Source of the DNA: an uncultured Acidobacteriota bacterium
GTDB taxonomy: Bacteria; Acidobacteriota; Vicinamibacteria; Vicinamibacterales; UBA2999
Direction of reading: 5' to 3'
Assembly (NCBI GenBank): GCA_963802675.1
Contig: CAWDJL010000003.1
Coordinates: 265,158 to 329,157, forward strand
DNA: 64,000 nt
Both the position numbers and the translations under genes were made by a program. Shown in pieces: positions 58,547 to 64,000 of the stretch; within the stretch, counting starts at the first letter, position 1; the number at the start of each line of letters is the position of its first letter. The notes below the pieces were generated by a model that worked only from the letters and a program-made list of their open reading frames with translations, was not told the origin of the DNA and searched no databases.

Positions 58547-61191
58547 GTGATCGGCAGCACGCTGCTTCACTACCGAATCCTTCATACGCTTGGCGCAGGA
58601 GGAATGGGGGAGGTGTATGCCGCAGAAGATACCCGGCTCAATCGCCGCATCGCTATTAAGCTGCTGCCACCCGATACGGCAGCAGACCCGGAACGCCTCG
58701 AACGCTTCCGCCGCGAAGCGCAAGCCGTCGCCGCCCTGAATCATCCAAACGTCGTCACGATCTATTCGGTCGAGGAGGCGAACGGATTTCACTTCCTGAC
58801 GATGGAGATCGTCGAGGGGAAGACGCTGGTCGATTACATCAGGGCTGGCGGCGTGGCGTGGTCAGACTTTTACAAGTGGACGATTCCGCTGGTTGATGCC
58901 ATCAGCGCGGCGCATCAACGTGGCGTCATTCACCGCGACATCAAGCCCGCGAACATCATGATTGGCAGCGTCGGGCGTTTGAAAGTCCTCGACTTTGGCA
59001 TCGCGAAGTTGAAGCACTCCGGCACGGAGAGGGGTGCGGGGCTGGAGACGACGGCTCGTATGACAGCGCCGCAGGCGGTATTTGGCACAACGGCCTACAT
59101 GTCGCCGGAGCAGGCAGAGGGGAAGCTTGTTGATGCGCGCTCGGGCATTGCTCTGGCGTCGTGTTGGACGAAATGGTGGCCGGCGCCCGCCCCTTCACGG
59201 GTGACACGAGCATGTCTCTCCGTCTTCGATCATCAAGGATCTGGCTGTCGCTGACCGGGGTGCGTTCTGATGCGCCGGCAGACCTCGATTGAATCCTGCG
59301 ACGGTGTCTGGCCAAAGATACTGACCGTCGTTACCAGACGGCGATCGATCTGCGCAACGACCTCGAGGACTTGCAGCAGCAGCGCTTCGCCTCGCAGACC
59401 GCCGCCGAGAACGCGATATCAATCGTTACGGGTCGGCGTCGACACTGGTTGGTCGGTGTGGCGCTGATGGGGGCAATGGCGGGCATCGCTGCGTTCCTGA
59501 TCTGGCGGCAACCGGCGCCGCCCGCGCCGTCGAGCACCTTGCGGGCGACATTCAGTCAACTGACGCACAACCCCGGCATTGAGTGGTTTCCCAGCCTCTC
59601 TCAGACGGGCGCTGGGTGGTGTACGCGGCGATGGCGCCGGGAATCGAGACATTTACCTTCAGAGCGTGAGTGGTCAGACACCGATCAATCTGACAAGAGA
59701 TTCAACCGACGACGACGATCAGCCGGCGTTCTCGCCGGATGGCGAGCGAATTGCGTTTCGATCGACGCGCGAAGGCGGCGGCTTGTTCGTGATGGATGCA
59801 ATGGCGAAGCGGTCCGACGACTCACCAAGATCGGGTTCAACCCAGCGTGGTCCCGAGACGGAAAGCAGATCGCTTTCACGACGATTCTTAATGAGCTCAG
59901 GCCGCAGAACACGGAAGGCGTAAGTGAGCTGTGGGTTGTTGGCGTTGATGGTGGCGAGCCCCGGCGGCTGTAATAATCGGACGTCGGTTTGCCCAATTGG
60001 TCTCCCCGCGGTCAGCGCATTGCATTTGGCGTTCGCCGCGGTGGCGCACGTGCGTCGGATGGACATTGTGACGATTCCAGTTGAGGGCGGGGCTGAGCAG
60101 GCGGTGACCCTTGACGCCCATCTCGACTGGAACCCCGTGTGGGCGCCAGACGGTCGTCACTTGTACTTTGTGAGCGATTGCGGCGGCAGCACGAATATCT
60201 GGCGCGTGCCGATGGACGAAGCGTCAGGCCAGACGCTTGGAGATCCCGAGCCAATCACATCACCGGCACCGTTCGCCACACATTTGACGATCTGGGCTGA
60301 GGGAACCCGATCGCGTACAGCTCGGTACGAGACACAAGACATCCAGAAGATGGAGTCGACCCGGCGACGGGTGACCCGGTGTCGCAGCCATTGGCGGTGA
60401 CGACCGGATTACGGTTCTGGGCCAACCCGTACCTGTCCCCCGATGGTCAGGCCGTGGTGGCCGACTGGAAGTCAATCCGGAAGGCGATCATACATCGTCA
60501 GGACAGATGGTTCGGGTGCGCTTCGTCAACTGACGTCGGATCCCGCGATCGATCGCGTCCCGCGCTGGTCACCCGATGGCGCCTGGATTGCCGCGTTCTC
60601 CGATCGGATGGGTCACTGCAGATCTGGAAGATTCGGACCGGACGGTAGCGATCTCCGAGCAGATGACGAACGTCAAGGGTAGCGGCGTCGTGGCCTGGTC
60701 ACCCGATAGCCGCACGACTCGCGGTGACATTGTCACGCCGCATTGGCGCAGACGCGCCCGAGGGCGGGAGCGCTATGAAATCGACGTCCGAGCGGCCGAT
60801 GACGGACCAGGTCGATCGATCGTCTGCCATCAGAATCCAGCACGGATCGACGATTTGTGCCGAATGCATGGTCGCTCAGACGGCCGTGGATCACAGGGCA
60901 GTCCTGGTACGACGTTCCGGGCGTCTCGTTTACTCAGTGCAGGCGACGGACGTATGAACGGCTGTCCACCGTTGGCGAATGGCCGTGTGGTTGGCGGACA
61001 GCCGTCGTGTGCTGTACGTCTCGCGTGGGCGCGAGTTTCACGTCCTCGATACGCAGACCCGCACCACGAAGCAGATCTTTTCGGTCCTCCGCGACACGCT
61101 CGGCCCGCCGCGTGTTACACGCGACGGGCGGCACATATTCTTTTCACGCCGCATCACCGAATCGGACGTGTGGATGGTCAATCTCCAATAA
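58547..61191 (+). pseudogene. Ser/Thr protein kinase fused to TM helix and TolB-like WD40 beta-propeller; at least 10 frame junctions plus an in-frame TGA
   Basis: Kinase core GAGGMGEVY...AIKLL...HRDIKPANIM...VLDFGIAK...TTAYMSPEQ. Then GVVLDEMVAGARPFTG, PADLD[TGA 59290-59292]ILRRCLAKDTDRRYQTAIDL, TM HWLVGVALMGAMAGIAAFLIW. Propeller pieces are scattered over all frames (FSPDGERIAFRS, NPAWSRDGKQIAFTT, WAPDGRHLYFVSD, PRWSPDGAWIA, VAWSPDSR). Ends FFSRRITESDVWMVNLQ*. Confidence 0.7.
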
Positions 61192-61216
61192 TGAATCGGT
61201 AGCACTGTTCAGACTA

Positions 61217-61330
61217 GCGGCTAAAGCCGGAAGCCACGAATCCCAACAATATCGCGTGGCTTCCGCCCTCACACTGAAGCCTGGAGCCACGCCCCAAACA
61301 ATATCGGCGGCTTCCGCCTTCAGGCGGAAG
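61217..61330. repeat. GGAAGCCACG-family hairpin cluster, locus 3
   Basis: GCGGCTAAAGCCGGAAGCCACG ... CGTGGCTTCCGCC ... GGAGCCACG ... CGGCTTCCGCCTTCAGGCGGAAG. The spacer words CAACAATATCG and AAACAATATCGG are repeated. Confidence 0.75.
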
Positions 61331-61497
61331 TTCAATCTGCATCGGCCCTTTTCCGGCGGCGCCCACGGCCCGATTGAAGAGCCCGAAAAATTTCAGATAA
61401 ACGCTATGAGCAAGCTCATCAATTGTGTACATCCGCGCGCCTTTCATCGTGCGATCGGCGTAAGTCGTGGCAACCGTCACGGACCAAAGGAGCAAGG

Positions 61498-62403
61498 ATG
61501 CATAGAAGATTTGAACGATCGATCGTGCTGGCAGCTGTAGTGGCGGCCATTGGCTTCCCGTCGGGTGTTGTAGTCAGCGTCCGGGCACAAGGTGGTCAGC
61601 AGGCACCTCCGCCAGCCCGGACCCTGGTCACGACGACGATGGTCAAGCCAGACATGGTTACAGCCTATTCGGAGCTGATTCAAAAGGAGGCGATTCCCGC
61701 GTATAAGAAAGCGGGGATTCCCTTTCGATGGACCTTCGCCAACGGCCCGGTCGGCCCAGGCGCTACTTTCGTCAGCGCTCAGCCGATTCGAAACTATGCC
61801 GACTTCGATCAGGGCCCCGTGTTGCGAGCTGCAATGGGCCCCGATAACTACACCAAGTACCTGGCGAGGCTGAGGCCGATGATCGTCAGCACGCATGGCG
61901 TGATTCAGACCCTCGTGGCGAACGCGAGCATACAGAGTTTCTCGGGCAAGCCGCCGGCTTGGGTCATCGTCGCGACGACGCAGCTGTTGCCAGGCAGAGG
62001 TGCGGAATATGCGAGCATTACGACCAACGAATTCCTGCCGGCCTTCAAGAAGGCGGGAGTCACCGACTCTTGGATGTTCGCTGCCAACTTTGGAGCGCCT
62101 GTTGCGCAGCGGACGACCGTGACTCCGATCGCCGGTTGGGCCGAGTTGGACCAGCCCAATCCGCTCATTCGCGCGCTTGGCGCCGAGGCGGCACAGAAGC
62201 TCAATCAAAAGCGCGCTGCGCTGACGACCAGCACCGAATCGGTGGTCATGCGTTATGTGCCGGAGCTCAGTTACGGCGCGCCGACCCGTCCTGCCGGCAC
62301 GCTGCACAGTAAACACGACGAATCGAAAGGGGGGTCGATGGATCGGCCCCACCTTTCAACCCCTGAACGCCAGCCATCGGAAGGGGGATACCGCGGCGAC
62401 TAG
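61498..62403 (+). CDS. secreted hypothetical protein with an internal two-fold repeat
   Basis: AAGGAG then ATG 61498. Signal MHRRFERSIVLAAVVAAIGFPSGVVVSVRAQG. Two similar halves (AYSELIQKEAIPAYKKAGIPFRWTF and YASITTNEFLPAFKKAGVTDSWMF). No family recognised. Confidence 0.55.
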   Translation: MHRRFERSIVLAAVVAAIGFPSGVVVSVRAQGGQQAPPPARTLVTTTMVKPDMVTAYSELIQKEAIPAYKKAGIPFRWTFANGPVGPGATFVSAQPIRNYADFDQGPVLRAAMGPDNYTKYLARLRPMIVSTHGVIQTLVANASIQSFSGKPPAWVIVATTQLLPGRGAEYASITTNEFLPAFKKAGVTDSWMFAANFGAPVAQRTTVTPIAGWAELDQPNPLIRALGAEAAQKLNQKRAALTTSTESVVMRYVPELSYGAPTRPAGTLHSKHDESKGGSMDRPHLSTPERQPSEGGYRGD

Positions 62404-62882
62404 CGGCCCGCGGACTGCGCCATCTGTTTGAAGAATGCCTCTGCGCGTTGCTTGGTTTCCTCCGGTGTCAGGTCTTCTTTGCGCGTCGCAATCCACCACG
62501 TATAGCCGGCCGGATCGGTGACGGCGCCCGCCCGGTCGCCCCAGAACTGGTCGTCAATCGGCATCTGCACCTTTGCGCCGGCGCCCACCGCGCGATTGAA
62601 GAGCACGTCGCTGTTCTCGACATACATCCACAACGAGGTCGGCGATCCGCCGAAGGCTTGTGGCCCTTTGAAGCCCATCATGACGTCGTTGACCATGATT
62701 CGCGAGTTGCCGATCGTGAGCTCGGCGTGCATGATCTTGCCGTCGGGGCCGATGCTTCGGCTCACTTCCTCGGCGCCGAGCGCCTTCTTGTACCAATCAA
62801 TCGTCTTGGCGGCATCGTCCAACGTCAACTGCGGTGTGATGGTGTGAAATCCCTCTGGAACGGGGCGTGCTGCTTTGGCCAT
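62400..62882 (-). CDS. VOC family protein (PhnB/glyoxalase-like)
   Basis: Intact 160-aa ORF. TITPQLTLDDAAKTIDWYKKALGAEE ... IMHAELTIGNSRIMVND ... DQFWGDRAGAVTDPAGYTWWIAT. Confidence 0.75.
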   Translation of the reverse strand: MAKAARPVPEGFHTITPQLTLDDAAKTIDWYKKALGAEEVSRSIGPDGKIMHAELTIGNSRIMVNDVMMGFKGPQAFGGSPTSLWMYVENSDVLFNRAVGAGAKVQMPIDDQFWGDRAGAVTDPAGYTWWIATRKEDLTPEETKQRAEAFFKQMAQSAGR

Positions 62883-63133
62883 GGAACCTCCCGCGTCGCG
62901 GCGTCAACAAGTCGCGACGGACTTCTCTCTACTCAAGCTTGCACTATGGTTCGAATCGAATCTGCCCGCAAGCTGATCGGTCGCAACACTCGCACCAACT
63001 TCATATAGAGGCACGCGCTGGGGTACTATGCCCGCCTGCGGACCGGGTCGACGGGTGGAGAGCTGGCGACGTAGCTCTCGGCTGAAGCCCGGCGCAGATT
63101 CAACTAGGCCAGTCGACGGACTGTCGTTTTGAT

Positions 63134-64000
63134 ATGGCTCGGCGGGCTCGTCCCCGTGCGCTCTTTACCATCGCGCTGGTAGCACTCGCGCCGGTACTTG
63201 TCTGCCCGACTGCCTCGGCCCAGCCGCGATCGGTCCGAACGGCCCTCGCCGTGCACTGGAGCTCCGAGGACTATCCCAGCAATCCGGTGGTGGATGGCGC
63301 GATTCGGCAGGTGCTCCTCTCGCACGACGAGGCCCCGGTCGACTACTTCTCGGAATACCTGGAGTCCGATCGCTTTCCCGACGCAAGCGCCACCCTCGCG
63401 TTCCGCGACTACCTTCAGCGGAAATACCAGGGACGCCGAATCGACGTGGTGCTGGCCATCACCGATCCGGCGCTGCAGTTCGTGCTGGACTATCGGGATC
63501 AGTTGTTTCCGGGCGTCCCGGTCGTCGCATCCGCGAGCTCCACGCTCGGCGAGCATCTCGCGGCCGCCGGGGTGACGGGGACCGCGTGGCGGGCCGCCGA
63601 CGTCGAGACCATCGAGCTCGCGCTGAGCCTGCACCCGTCGACCCAACGGGTGTTCGTCGTGGCCCAGGAGCTGACCCCCGGATACCTCGAGGGCGTGCAG
63701 GCCGCGCTGGCGAAATCGGCGGAGGGCGTCGAGCTCAGGTTCATCACCGAGCGGTCGGTGCCGGGGCTGATCGCCGCCGTCCGGGCGGTCCCGGCGGGCA
63801 GTCTGATTCACTTCATCCGGTACTCGCAGCAGGATTCCGGGAATGTGATGTTTCCAAACGAAGTCGTGCGTATGGTGGCCGAGGCCTCGCCGGTCCCGGT
63901 GTATGTCTCGACCGACTCGCACGTCGGCACCGGCGTTGTCGGCGGCGTGGTGCGGCGGGCAGCCGGCATCGGAACCCGCATCGGGGAGATCGCGCTCCAG
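63134..64000 (+). CDS. periplasmic ABC-substrate-binding-like sensor domain, N-terminal part of a larger (probably signalling) protein; 3' end outside window
   Basis: ATG 63134 is open to the window end and is absent from the ORF track because it has no stop. Signal MARRARPRALFTIALVALAPVLVCPTASAQ. RIDVVLAITDPALQFVLDY ... VFVVAQE ... SLIHFIRY ... PVPVYV. The 272-aa minus-strand ORF here is its shadow. Confidence 0.55.
   Translation, partial: MARRARPRALFTIALVALAPVLVCPTASAQPRSVRTALAVHWSSEDYPSNPVVDGAIRQVLLSHDEAPVDYFSEYLESDRFPDASATLAFRDYLQRKYQGRRIDVVLAITDPALQFVLDYRDQLFPGVPVVASASSTLGEHLAAAGVTGTAWRAADVETIELALSLHPSTQRVFVVAQELTPGYLEGVQAALAKSAEGVELRFITERSVPGLIAAVRAVPAGSLIHFIRYSQQDSGNVMFPNEVVRMVAEASPVPVYVSTDSHVGTGVVGGVVRRAAGIGTRIGEIALQ

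Noticed and set aside
11645-59292. TGA reassignment (to Trp or Gly) or selenocysteine as an explanation for the two in-frame TGA codons
   Set aside because: TGA is the normal terminator of many well-delimited genes here (345-1256, 21919-22380, 29173-29631 and others). I see no SECIS-like hairpin after either site. The expected residues differ (Trp-like at 11645, Arg at 59290).

Overview
GC-rich bacterial chromosomal segment. The gene content suggests an Acidobacteriota-like soil organism: a VWFA-type secreted protein, LVIVD and BNR/sortilin propellers, and many polytopic glycosyltransferases. This taxon call is inference only. I recognise about 45 protein-coding loci. I found no rRNA, tRNA, CRISPR array, transposase, integrase or phage gene. 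Layout: (1) 1-6.3 kb holds the tail of a tad-type pilus locus (TadC fragment, TPR lipoprotein, AAA ATPase, double-vWA protein, TonB_C protein). (2) 6.3-27.4 kb is a large envelope-glycan island. It has one GT2 polyprenyl-phosphate-sugar-synthase-like gene, about 10 polytopic GT-C-like genes in several paralog families, 3 FkbM-type and 1 class I methyltransferase, and a fused membrane/spermidine-synthase-like gene. (3) 27.4-64 kb holds mixed secreted, envelope and catabolic genes: PQQ-like propeller, DUF305 with two LVIVD paralogs, MBL hydrolases, D-cysteine desulfhydrase with a cupin, DUF1028, GT4 with glycogen-debranching-like enzyme, the padR operon, a BNR/sortilin protein, an ankyrin protein, kynureninase, a Ser/Thr kinase-TolB fusion, and VOC proteins. 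Three things stand out. (a) About half of the genes are interrupted. I scored about 40 frame junctions outside the kinase gene; 34 of them need a +1 shift (one surplus base). Two more lesions are in-frame TGA codons. One +1 junction sits in the identical 15-mer in two diverged FkbM paralogs. (b) Almost every larger intergenic space from 28.8 kb onward carries a long imperfect palindrome built from short tandem words of 7-9 nt. Several genes or operons are bracketed by matching copies. (c) The glycan island contains an uncharacterised three-member polytopic family and methyltransferase/membrane-protein pairs. All family names come from my recognition of motifs in the translations. No searches were run.
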